Assembly: GCA_963667175.2 (NCBI GenBank)
Contig: CAXXXF010000015.1
Span: 288,001-352,000, forward strand
Direction: 5' to 3'
Source of the DNA: Candidatus Latescibacterota bacterium
GTDB lineage: Bacteria; Latescibacterota; UBA2968; GCA-2709665
Length of the DNA: 64,000 nucleotides
This document shows positions 1 to 8,971 of the stretch, in pieces. Under the pieces are notes generated by a model. That model made no database searches, was not told the origin of the DNA, and saw only the letters and a program-made list of their open reading frames with translations. The translations under genes and the position numbers were made by a program. Each line of letters opens with the position of its first letter. Position 1 is the first letter of the stretch.

Positions 1-90
1 GTGGGAGGATGTAAACAATACGGTGCTCCCCGTAATACTACAACACGGTTCGGGTCGATGCAGTAATTGCGCGTCAGCGGACAAGACGAA

Positions 91-1968
91 TCAGACGATG
101 CGCTCAAGTGTGAACGCGACCAATGGATCTTCTGTTTCTTCATAGTCGAATAGATCCTCCGCACTCGGCGAGACATCGGGCAGTGTGCCGTGAGCTTCAT
201 CGCCAGCTTTAGGAATCGCGGCGTAATACATCATTGCTGAAATGCCAAACTTTATCCCGCTCACCGGAAGTAAACCCGTCAAAGCATCGCCCGTACTTTG
301 CCTTCTCCCGCCCGTCTCTTCACCTATAAGTTGTCCCAGTCCGTAATCCTTAACAACTGCGGAAAACTCGGCTGCTGCCGAGAAGGTTTGCGGGCCAATC
401 AGCACATAGAGATCGCCCTTAAACAGGTCCTCGCGCCGTTGAGGCAATACAGAGTCGTCCGACTCCGATATAATCATCCCGGTCAAGTCGCCGTAACGGG
501 AGTATTCCGGATGCTGCTCGATCAGCAGGTCCGACACCTTAATGTCAACGCGAGACCACATCCTGAACGGCCTTTCTGTGAGAAACTCAAGCAGAAAAAC
601 GACAAGGTCGGGATTTCCACCGCCATTTTGGCGCACGTCAATTATGAGGCGGCGGGTTTTCTTCGCCCTCAATTCCCCGAATAGACCTGCTATATACGTC
701 CTTCTATTGTCGGTCTCAATGAAACTATCGCAATTGAAGTAGCAAGTATCGTTGTCATTATGGAAACGATGAAAGTCACATGACGCCTCCTTTTCAGGTA
801 AGAGGTCGTCATATTCGCGTATCGATATGAGGTCAATTCGGTGTGTTGACGTCTTCTGCTTTTCTACAAATTGCATCGTTACCGGACTGTCATTGAACGG
901 CGCGCACCAGGCTACATGGAATCGCTGGTTCTCTACAAATTGCGCGAGGCGGTGAGCATCCGATTCACTGGAAATCCTGCATAACGCTCGTTGTAGAAAG
1001 TGGTTGAGTGGTTGATCGCCTATGGATAGAAGTGACTTCCCTTTCAATTCCTCCAGACCCGGAATCGCATCTTCTACCACCAATTCGTCAAAACGCCGTT
1101 TCACCCGAAAGGGGAACATCAGGGCATCTGGGTTGTCCGCTTCAATCATATCTTCGGCAGGCATGACTTCCGTATGGCCGTCCCGAATGCGGGCGGCAGC
1201 TTCCGCAAGAATTCCTGAGAGTTCGGCGTACGAAATATGGCCGCGCGTCGCTTCTTTCCGCTCCAATCGAGAGCGAACTGATTTCTTTAGTTCCAGATAG
1301 TCTCCTCCTGCAACATGACGCAATGGATGGGGATGAACCCTCTCAAGTGTTGCGAAGAAATGGTCTGCATCGACCTGGCAATCATTGGCGGACAAGATCA
1401 GCGGAGAAAAATCATCATTCAGATTCCCACCATTGACGACCTCATCTTGCTGTGTGACGAAAAACGTAAAGTTCAATCTTAAACATTTCTTCATGTCGAC
1501 CAGGACAGTCGGGTCAGGCGCGCAGAATGCCGCTACGTGCCCTTCTCCCAGGGGATTGTGCCCTACAGCCGAGAACCCGATTTCGCCCTCGCGTTCGACG
1601 AGACACTTCTGTTCCTCTTCTGTTAGACCAAATGGCGTATCATTCAACGCAGAAAAGACAAGGTGGTTGGGCTTCGGCTCGAACAAGCCGTACACCACGT
1701 AATTTCCTTTCTCCAGACACGGGAGACAGTCTTTATCGTCCGTGCGCCAAAAGGATACGCGTTGAATGGAATGACGCTGCGACCATGCCCGCCAGTATTC
1801 CTTTAGAGACCGGATCTGTTTGTCCCATTCGTCGCAATTGAAATCAAAAATGACAAATAGCGAATCGCCGGATTTTTCTAATACCCGTTCCATTGTCAAC
1901 GCGGTCTGAGTGGCCGATGAAGTTTTCATCATAGTACTCTCAGCAAATGTATAGTCCGAATTATTCAC
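91..1968 (-). CDS. S41 family (tail-specific) peptidase with ~190-aa N-terminal extension
   Basis: Motifs LIIDVRQNGGG, VLIGPQTFSAA (catalytic Ser), IGEETGG, GTLPD; no clear signal peptide; start uncertain. Confidence 0.8.
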   Translation of the reverse strand: MNNSDYTFAESTMMKTSSATQTALTMERVLEKSGDSLFVIFDFNCDEWDKQIRSLKEYWRAWSQRHSIQRVSFWRTDDKDCLPCLEKGNYVVYGLFEPKPNHLVFSALNDTPFGLTEEEQKCLVEREGEIGFSAVGHNPLGEGHVAAFCAPDPTVLVDMKKCLRLNFTFFVTQQDEVVNGGNLNDDFSPLILSANDCQVDADHFFATLERVHPHPLRHVAGGDYLELKKSVRSRLERKEATRGHISYAELSGILAEAAARIRDGHTEVMPAEDMIEADNPDALMFPFRVKRRFDELVVEDAIPGLEELKGKSLLSIGDQPLNHFLQRALCRISSESDAHRLAQFVENQRFHVAWCAPFNDSPVTMQFVEKQKTSTHRIDLISIREYDDLLPEKEASCDFHRFHNDNDTCYFNCDSFIETDNRRTYIAGLFGELRAKKTRRLIIDVRQNGGGNPDLVVFLLEFLTERPFRMWSRVDIKVSDLLIEQHPEYSRYGDLTGMIISESDDSVLPQRREDLFKGDLYVLIGPQTFSAAAEFSAVVKDYGLGQLIGEETGGRRQSTGDALTGLLPVSGIKFGISAMMYYAAIPKAGDEAHGTLPDVSPSAEDLFDYEETEDPLVAFTLERIV

Positions 1969-2129
1969 GAAAACCGGTGGATCTTTCGTATAATCGGTTG
2001 ATTTTCAATAACATGAATGGAGAATATAACGAAAACCGTGATTCGTCGAAAGTCGAGTTGGCCGGCGTAATATTGGGGCGTCAGGTTGGCCTGAGTGACG
2101 ACGTGCGGTCTATGGTGAGTCGATTCCCT

Positions 2130-2305
2130 GCCGTTACTCGTTTTCTCGTGCAGTTCTCGCGCTCTTCGGTTTCCGTCCTGCTCCTGGTTTCTAATCCTGC
2201 AAATCCTGTAAATCCTGATCGTTTTTTCGCGTGTTTCGTAGTTTCTGATGTTCGTTTTCTCGTGCCTTTGTCGCGCTTTTTGGTTTCATCCTGTCCATCC
2301 ATGTT
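2130..2305. repeat. Cluster of short periodic intergenic motifs (AATCCTG x3; TTTTCTCGTGC x2; ATCCTGTCCATCCATG)
   Basis: Seen directly; 23-mer GCCGTTACTCGTTTTCTCGTGCA (2130-2152) recurs inverted at 23045-23067. Confidence 0.6.
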
Positions 2306-2654
2306 TGTTCCGTTTCATGAATTAATGGGGTTAAGTGGTTGATGACACAAAGATACCCAATTTACGTTCAGAAGCGCACAGGAATATTCGCCCGACGGTT
2401 CGAAGACATCGGATGACAGGTCATTTTCGAATCGCCATTGTATTTGACGTGGAATTTCACGCGTTCGAGCTATTGGATAGATTACACTTGGCTGAAGGGC
2501 TTCAGGACGCGTCCGTTGGCCTTCGAAAAGTATCGGTCAGCGCAGGCTTTGACTGGACACCCCAATTCAAGGGCACCCAGCGCTCGTGTCAATGTCTGAC
2601 TCTGGTTGATGAGCGCGGATTCAATCTGTGCTTCGCGACATGGCTTCTTGAAAC

Positions 2655-2688
2655 AAAAAACGGCCGCCGTTAAGCAGCCGTTTTTTTT
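2655..2688 (-). terminator. Intrinsic terminator after the TlpA gene (possibly bidirectional)
   Basis: AAAAAACGGC-N12-GCCGTTTTTT hairpin with A/T tracts on both sides. Confidence 0.7.
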
Positions 2689-2759
2689 ATGTTGAAACAT
2701 GATACCATTTTGGATCGCGCAGGACCTGGCGATTCCTGGTGGAAATAACCCGGACAGCT

Positions 2760-4847
2760 TCAGCCGGATCCCAGGCTGTAGATGATCTCTTCTACAATTG
2801 AATGTGTTTCCGTCATCAATCTGATACTGGAAAACCGCTCGACAATCCGTCCATCCGGGGCCACCAGAAAATAGGCCGGAATCCCGCGGACATTGTAGGC
2901 CCCGGCGGCGCCAGTACCTGAATTACCTATACGTACATGCACGCCTTCGATATTGTATTTCTCGATTGCCTTGCGCCAGGCCGCATCGCTTGCATCCAGC
3001 GAAAGATTAAGGAAAACGACCGACTTTCCTGTCACTTCTTTCTTGATTCTTCGGAGATAGGGGAGATCTTTGATGCAGGGACCGCACCAACTCGCCCAGA
3101 AGTCCAGAAGAACCACCTTGCCCCGGAACTGGCTCAACGACACCGGCTCGCCTTCCGGATTCGACAGCGTGAAATCGGGGGCCGGGCGCCCCGGCTGAAG
3201 CGCAAGCGCTTTGCTCAATGCCGCCGCCACCGCCGCATTGTATTCCGGATAGGGATTGATGGCTTGGAAGTCCTTCCACTTTCGGTTTGCCAATGCAAAG
3301 CCATCGCCGCCGTGGTGTTCGTATCCCATGATCAGTTGTCCAGCCAGAAACCAATAGAGTACTCTCCCCTCGAGTTTTTCTTTGGCCAGGTCGTATCTCC
3401 TGGAGAATTGTAAAATCCCGGATTTTCGGGCATAGATTGAATCCAGTTGGACCCGAACCGCTCGCTCCAATCCTATTTGTGACAAATTCAGCTTTTCGGA
3501 TAGCTTGAGCGTTTGTCGGTGTTTGTAGAGGGAGTCGATTTCAGCCCGGGCAGACCGTGACAGACCCAATCCGGACAGATCAACCAATTCAGACAATTCA
3601 GGCGTCCGGCGCAAGGCTCGGATCTTTTGCTCGTAGTTATCCGTGTATTCTCTCACAGGAATGTGTATTACCACGGCGCCGCCTGTCGTGTCGATTGAGG
3701 GGGTGTCGACCGTTTTCGACGTGATGAAGCTGATTCCTCGTCCACTGTTTTCGTAGAATGAGTCGAGCCGCGACTGAGCCGTGTGAGATAAACCCATCGC
3801 GGCCAATTCGTACCTCTCCGACAGTTTGGGCACTCGCCTTTTTTTGTACAGTGAGTCAAGGAGCAATCGCATCGCTTGCGGGAGTCCAAGTGCCGACATA
3901 TCAATCATCCTTGACAGATCAGGGTGCCGCCCGTGCTCTTCGTACAGGGAGTCGAGCCGAGCCCGGATCCCATCCGAGAGGTCCACACCCGACAGATCGA
4001 ACATCTTGGAAAAGGCTGGCGGTCCGGAAATGCGGCGCGACTCCCAATCAAGTTTACGCATCAAAAACGTATTATAATTCCCTACGCCTATGGCACTCTC
4101 GTCGACCAGTGGGATTTCATTCAAAAATTCGTAATATTCGCTTGTGATTTCTGCGTTTTCGAAACCGTTAGAGCGCGCGAAATTGGTCGGGTACGAAATC
4201 ATCAATCTTGCCCAGCCATAGTTGAAGTACCGGGTCGCATATTCGATAAATCCGGGAGACAGATTGTGTTCCTCACGCCATTTCTCAAGAAAACTGAACT
4301 GATCGGCGCGCCACCGTTTAACTTTTGAAATGAAATCTTCCACGGAAAGGACCTTGTAGTCAAGTCCACTCTGGAAGGTGCGGAATCGCCGAATCCATTT
4401 CGCCATAAAGCGGCTGTTGCCCGCGCTCTGGCCGCTGAAGCGGTACGAAGTCCGGAGATAACCCTGATCCACGGCAACGTGAAGGCTGTCGCCCGGTTCT
4501 ACATACATCAACAGCGGACTAGGCGGGCCGAACAGAAAGGAGCCCACCATACCAAGCCACTGCCATTTGGATCTCCGGCGATTGTACAGACACGTGACCA
4601 GAGTCCCGCGGACGACCGGTAGCTCAATGGCGAAACGGTTCTCGGTATCGAGAAGGACGCTCCGCTTGAGTTTTCGTCCCAGCGCGGACGGAGATTCGAA
4701 ACCGAATCTAATTTCGCGCGACCACGGCTCGCGAAACTCGCCCGTGATGATCGCAACCTCTTGCCTTCTGGGTGCGCTTTCCAGGGCCCAACAGGCGGTC
4801 GAAACCGCGAATATCGTGACTACGGCGCCAAAGTATGTTTTCGCCAT
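2760..4847 (-). CDS. Exported TlpA/ResA-type thiol-disulfide oxidoreductase with long N-terminal region containing internal repeats
   Basis: C-terminal APDFTL...VVLLDFWASWCGPC...YNVRGIP; N-terminal signal-like sequence. Confidence 0.85.
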   Translation of the reverse strand: MAKTYFGAVVTIFAVSTACWALESAPRRQEVAIITGEFREPWSREIRFGFESPSALGRKLKRSVLLDTENRFAIELPVVRGTLVTCLYNRRRSKWQWLGMVGSFLFGPPSPLLMYVEPGDSLHVAVDQGYLRTSYRFSGQSAGNSRFMAKWIRRFRTFQSGLDYKVLSVEDFISKVKRWRADQFSFLEKWREEHNLSPGFIEYATRYFNYGWARLMISYPTNFARSNGFENAEITSEYYEFLNEIPLVDESAIGVGNYNTFLMRKLDWESRRISGPPAFSKMFDLSGVDLSDGIRARLDSLYEEHGRHPDLSRMIDMSALGLPQAMRLLLDSLYKKRRVPKLSERYELAAMGLSHTAQSRLDSFYENSGRGISFITSKTVDTPSIDTTGGAVVIHIPVREYTDNYEQKIRALRRTPELSELVDLSGLGLSRSARAEIDSLYKHRQTLKLSEKLNLSQIGLERAVRVQLDSIYARKSGILQFSRRYDLAKEKLEGRVLYWFLAGQLIMGYEHHGGDGFALANRKWKDFQAINPYPEYNAAVAAALSKALALQPGRPAPDFTLSNPEGEPVSLSQFRGKVVLLDFWASWCGPCIKDLPYLRRIKKEVTGKSVVFLNLSLDASDAAWRKAIEKYNIEGVHVRIGNSGTGAAGAYNVRGIPAYFLVAPDGRIVERFSSIRLMTETHSIVEEIIYSLGSG

Positions 4848-6800
4848 GAAACAGTTTCCTCTACATTCAACTTTACTCAGTGGGCTCTGGTGGATATACC
4901 CTTCGCATTCAGCGTGGTTCTTTTTTGTTGGATTTGTTGGGATGCGTTTTCGACATCCTGGGGTTTTCGAAGATGGCCAATTGGTTGTTCAGGAGGGCGT
5001 AGATTCGGTTGCCTCTCACGATGAACATGTCACTCGCCAGGTGATTCATCAGTGCCTTTTTGTCAAATCTTCCGAGTCCGCGCAAATACGCGTCGTAGAC
5101 CCCAATCCCCATTTTCTCCCGTGACGAAAAGGCGCCGTAGCGGGTTCTAACGTAGGTCTGAATGTCTCCCCCACGAATTGCGTATGCGGACCGTCCCAAG
5201 ATGGTCATTCCTCGAGGAAGATGCGTCCAGGGTATGTAATCGACCTCGACCGGATTCCTGGGGTCGCTAATGTCCACTACCGCGATTTCCCGTGGCAAGT
5301 GCCTCTCTATAAAGGCTCTCTCCTGCCCAACGGAAAGTGGACCCATTCCAGGCGGCGCAGGGACCACGTATTCCTGAAGCCCATCGGGTTCCAATTGCGT
5401 GATTTGCTCTCCCGGCCCTCCCGGAGACATTGTTCGGCGAAATTCTCCGACCATTTTCTCGTAATGAACGGCACGTCCGAACCGACGAAGTGAGATCCGA
5501 CTCAATTCACCAAATGTTCCAGGATCGGACAGATCAAGGACTACGAAATCGTGGCCAAGCGTCAAAAACGCATGCGGCCCTACGATGCGCATCTCCCAGC
5601 CGTTATTCCAGGCATGCTTCGTCACCTCTTCAATAGGCGAGGCTTGGATTCGTTGGGGCGGACCGCCTTTTCGAACGTCGAAACTGTGCAACTCCAGATC
5701 GTCGCTCTGTAGCAAACCGACGTACAGATGGCCATTCCATTCGCCCCACCCCACAAGTCGGGGAATACGTCGCAGCCAGGGGGTTGGGCCCTTGGCGATT
5801 TGATGATACATGCTCACGGCCTGTATGAGAGGGCGTCCGGGTTGGCTGAGATCAAACACTACCACGCCAACGCTGTCACGGACCTCGCCCCATACGTAGG
5901 CACGCGAGCCGTACAGTGCCAGACGTTCGAACCGCCAGTCACCCCTCTCCTTGCGACCCAGCTCCGCCGGCGCCCCCGGGTCGGTCACATCCACTACACT
6001 CAGGCCACGCTTCAGCAACACAACCGCCAGCCCGTCGTCTAACGCCATATCCGCCGTGTCTGACTTATACTTGAAGGTACCCAACGGCTTTGCCATCCCA
6101 CGGGAGGATGGGACGGCATCCAATCCCATGACGGCAATAGCGCCTACTATCGCGAGCGCTCCGACAACCCACGGAAAGCGCTCGCTCGCCTGCACTCCGA
6201 ACACCCTACAGGCGCAAACCAACGACCCGATAGCCAACAGAATGGTTACCCCGGAACTGGCAAGTAAGAGGGATGAATCTAAAGCCTGACGGACAATTTC
6301 CTCGTCCGCCACTATGTCCGGAACCGACAACAGCCTGAAATAGAACACGGCAATATCAGGAGCCAGCATCCTCCCAGCCATAATTAGTACGAATACAATC
6401 CAGGCGGCCATGAGGCTGCTCAACGCCGCCTTGAGCGGATGGTCAGTTAGAGTGGAAGCAAGTACGGCCCAACTGTAGGGAACCAGATAGAATGAAAACC
6501 ACAACAACCACACCCTGATAAACCCTACGTCTGCCAGAATCTCCTCCCAAGGGAGATACGTCCGCGCACTCAAGTCTATATCCAGAATATAACCGGTACG
6601 CACAAAGAACAATCCAGTCTCGGGCATTCGCAGGAATACGCCGAACCAGAACGCTGCGACCACTACCGCCAGCCCCGCAACTCCGACTGTGAATTGCACC
6701 ACCAGAATCTTCCACGGAGCCTGCGGCCGACAAAGCAGGAAAGGCAGTGTCATTTGGCTCCGCTCCCGGGAAATGAAGTCCATTCCCATCAACACAGCAC

Positions 6801-8511
6801 CTAAGGCGGCTTCGCTTTGCTCAGCCGCAACCAAAAAGGTGGTAGTCAAGAGCAGTTTGTTTTGTGGTATGAAAAACGGCGTTCGTCCTTTATGATGGTG
6901 GTCCCAACCGCCATCAACCCAAGGAGGAACGCCGTGAACGACTTCGTGGACCAATATAATGAAAAAATCAGTGGCGTGGTATCGTGTTTTGATCGGGTTT
7001 TGTTCAAGGGGTACCTGCCGCTGGGATTTGGCAATGCGATGGAGCGTTTCATGGGTAATCAGGGTTTTTTGTTGAAGGACTTCAAGCGTTTTGTGACGTC
7101 GCATTCCAAAACGATCAAAGCCCACGCGGAGGCGGTGGCGAGCAGGCACAAGCGCCCGTTCCTCTATCTCGACCGCAACACCGTCAGGAAAGAGGAGGAA
7201 GCGCGACGCATCGCCCAACGAGATGGGATCACCCGCGGCCTGGTCTGTGTGTTCCGCGCCGTGGAAGGCTGTCAGAGTTTCAAGCTGGTTCCAGGGGAAG
7301 GAAGGCCTCGCCTGCTCAACGCCCGGCGGAAGTGCCTGTGCTACTACTTCTACTATATCGACCGTGAGTTCGGGTTGCTGCATATCCGCATCCAGTCCTG
7401 GTTCCCCCTGGTGGTGCAGGTCTGTCTCAATGGCCACGAATACCTGGCGCGCAAGCTCGATAAAAACGGCATTGCCTATGAAAAAGCAGACAACGCGTTT
7501 CTATGGATCGACGACGTGGCCCGGGCGCAACGCTTTGCCGATCGTTTTGTCGAGAAGAATTGGCCGCGCATTCTCTCCGGGCTTGCCCGCAGGGTCAACC
7601 CCCTGCTCAAAGACCTGCTTTCGGGAATGGACTATTACTGGGTCGTTGACCAGGCTGAGTTCGCCACCGACGTGATGTTCACAAGCCCCCACGCCCTGAA
7701 GGTGCTGTATGAAAATCTGCTCAGACATACGGTGCTGTGCTTCTCCCCCCAGGACATCCTGACCTTCCTGGGACGCAAACTCCACGGCAACTTTCAGGGC
7801 GAAGTCCTCACGGACTTCAAAAACAAACGCCAACCCGGCGCACGGGTCAAACACCGGATGTGTGAGAACTGGATAAAAATGTACGACAAACACGGGCGCG
7901 TACTACGCATAGAGACAGTGATCAACCATCCAAGGCAGTTCAAGGTCCGCCGCTGGGGCATACGCCAAGGACAACGCGTGATGGGCTGGTATCCCATGGC
8001 CAAAGGCGTGGCCAACCTCTACCGCTATCGGGAAATCTCATTGAAGGCCAACCAACACTACCTTCATGCGCTGGCAGCAGCACCAGACACCGCGAAGAGC
8101 CGTCACAGCCTCACCACACTTGCCCGACCACGCAGGCACAGGGGGCGTACCTATCGGGGCTTCAATCCCGCCGACACCCGCGACCTCGACCTCTTCACCG
8201 CCGTCCTGAAAGGCGAACACGCCCTGATGGGCTTCCGCAATCGGGACATCCGAAAACACCTCTTCAAACAACCCAGAACCCTCGACCAGCGCCGACGGCA
8301 GGCCAACGCCGTCAGCCGACTTCTCAAACGCCTACACGTCCGAGGCCTGATCGCCAAAATCCCACGGTCCAGAAGATGGCGCGTCACACAGGCCGGACAC
8401 GTCACACTCGCGACTTCACTGACACTATACCACAAGCACACAAACCCTATCCAAGCAGCATGAACAAACTTCTACGCATCTTGCGTTGAAGTCTTACTGT
8501 AAGACTCTAAG
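6801..8511 (+). mobile_element. Insertion sequence-like element, 1706 bp net, CTAAG at both junctions, no terminal inverted repeats
   Basis: CTAAG at 6801-6805 and 8507-8511; precise removal restores the host ORF; terminal hairpins at 6806-6828 and 8490-8506. Confidence 0.9.
6934..8463 (+). CDS. Putative transposase with Rep_trans-like motifs and C-terminal winged helix (509 aa)
   Basis: AGGAGG RBS then GTG at 6934; motifs QAEFATD, IKMYDK, LRIET; C-terminal GFRNRDIR...SRLLKRLHVRGLIAK...WRVT; only long ORF inside the insertion. Confidence 0.8.
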   Translation: MNDFVDQYNEKISGVVSCFDRVLFKGYLPLGFGNAMERFMGNQGFLLKDFKRFVTSHSKTIKAHAEAVASRHKRPFLYLDRNTVRKEEEARRIAQRDGITRGLVCVFRAVEGCQSFKLVPGEGRPRLLNARRKCLCYYFYYIDREFGLLHIRIQSWFPLVVQVCLNGHEYLARKLDKNGIAYEKADNAFLWIDDVARAQRFADRFVEKNWPRILSGLARRVNPLLKDLLSGMDYYWVVDQAEFATDVMFTSPHALKVLYENLLRHTVLCFSPQDILTFLGRKLHGNFQGEVLTDFKNKRQPGARVKHRMCENWIKMYDKHGRVLRIETVINHPRQFKVRRWGIRQGQRVMGWYPMAKGVANLYRYREISLKANQHYLHALAAAPDTAKSRHSLTTLARPRRHRGRTYRGFNPADTRDLDLFTAVLKGEHALMGFRNRDIRKHLFKQPRTLDQRRRQANAVSRLLKRLHVRGLIAKIPRSRRWRVTQAGHVTLATSLTLYHKHTNPIQAA

Positions 8512-8671
8512 AGTCCCACCAGGTGGCTCATGATCTGGACTTCAGACCCTCCAGATAGTCCACTTTCTGCACGTGCACACAACAGCCCGACAATCATCGC
8601 CAGGCCGGCGCCGGCGGCGATTTTGTAGGCGGATTCGCGGGATTCCTTCCAGAACAGAGCGCCGATGGGGT

Positions 8672-8896
8672 TCATGGTTGTCCTCCTGATTCCGGATGGA
8701 CTTGGGCGACAAACGCCTCCTCGAGCCCGACGTCCATCACGTCCTCGATACACCCGCCCTGCCCCTGGATGCGCGCGGCCAGTTGCTCGACGGCGACGAT
8801 CGCGATCTCTTGCCTTGTGGGTGCGCTTTCCAGGACGTAACATGCGGTCGAAGCCACGAATATCGTGACTACGCCGCTAAAGCTTGTTTTCGCCAT
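8672..8896 (-). pseudogene. Chimeric junction ORF (TlpA N-terminus fused to ABC ATPase C-terminus), 74 aa
   Basis: MAKTSFSGVVTIFVASTAC...RQEIAIV matches the start of 2760..4847; AARIQGQGGCIEDVMDVGLEEAFVA matches the end of 11059..11958. Confidence 0.85.
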
Positions 8897-8971
8897 GAAA
8901 CCGTTTCCTTTGAATTCATCCTTCCTCAACGGGCCCGGGTGGATATACCCTTCACATTCGACGTCGTTCAT

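Larger units (their letters stand above)
4909..8675 (-). pseudogene. ABC-2-type permease / LVIVD-like propeller fusion, copy 2, interrupted by an IS
   Basis: 8675-8512 encodes MNPIGALFWKE...SHLVGL and 6805-4909 continues LGAVLMGMD...; removing the insert gives 2061 nt in frame (686 aa), colinear with the paralog at 8972-11062. Confidence 0.9.

Noticed and set aside
2335-2700. Small ORFs (112 aa plus strand, 72 aa minus strand) or a precursor peptide
   Set aside because: No RBS or motif support, and both overlap the terminator; left uncalled.
4909-7437. 842-aa ORF as a real single protein
   Set aside because: Its first ~210 aa are the antisense of the IS read into the broken permease; the true 5' end lies at 8675.
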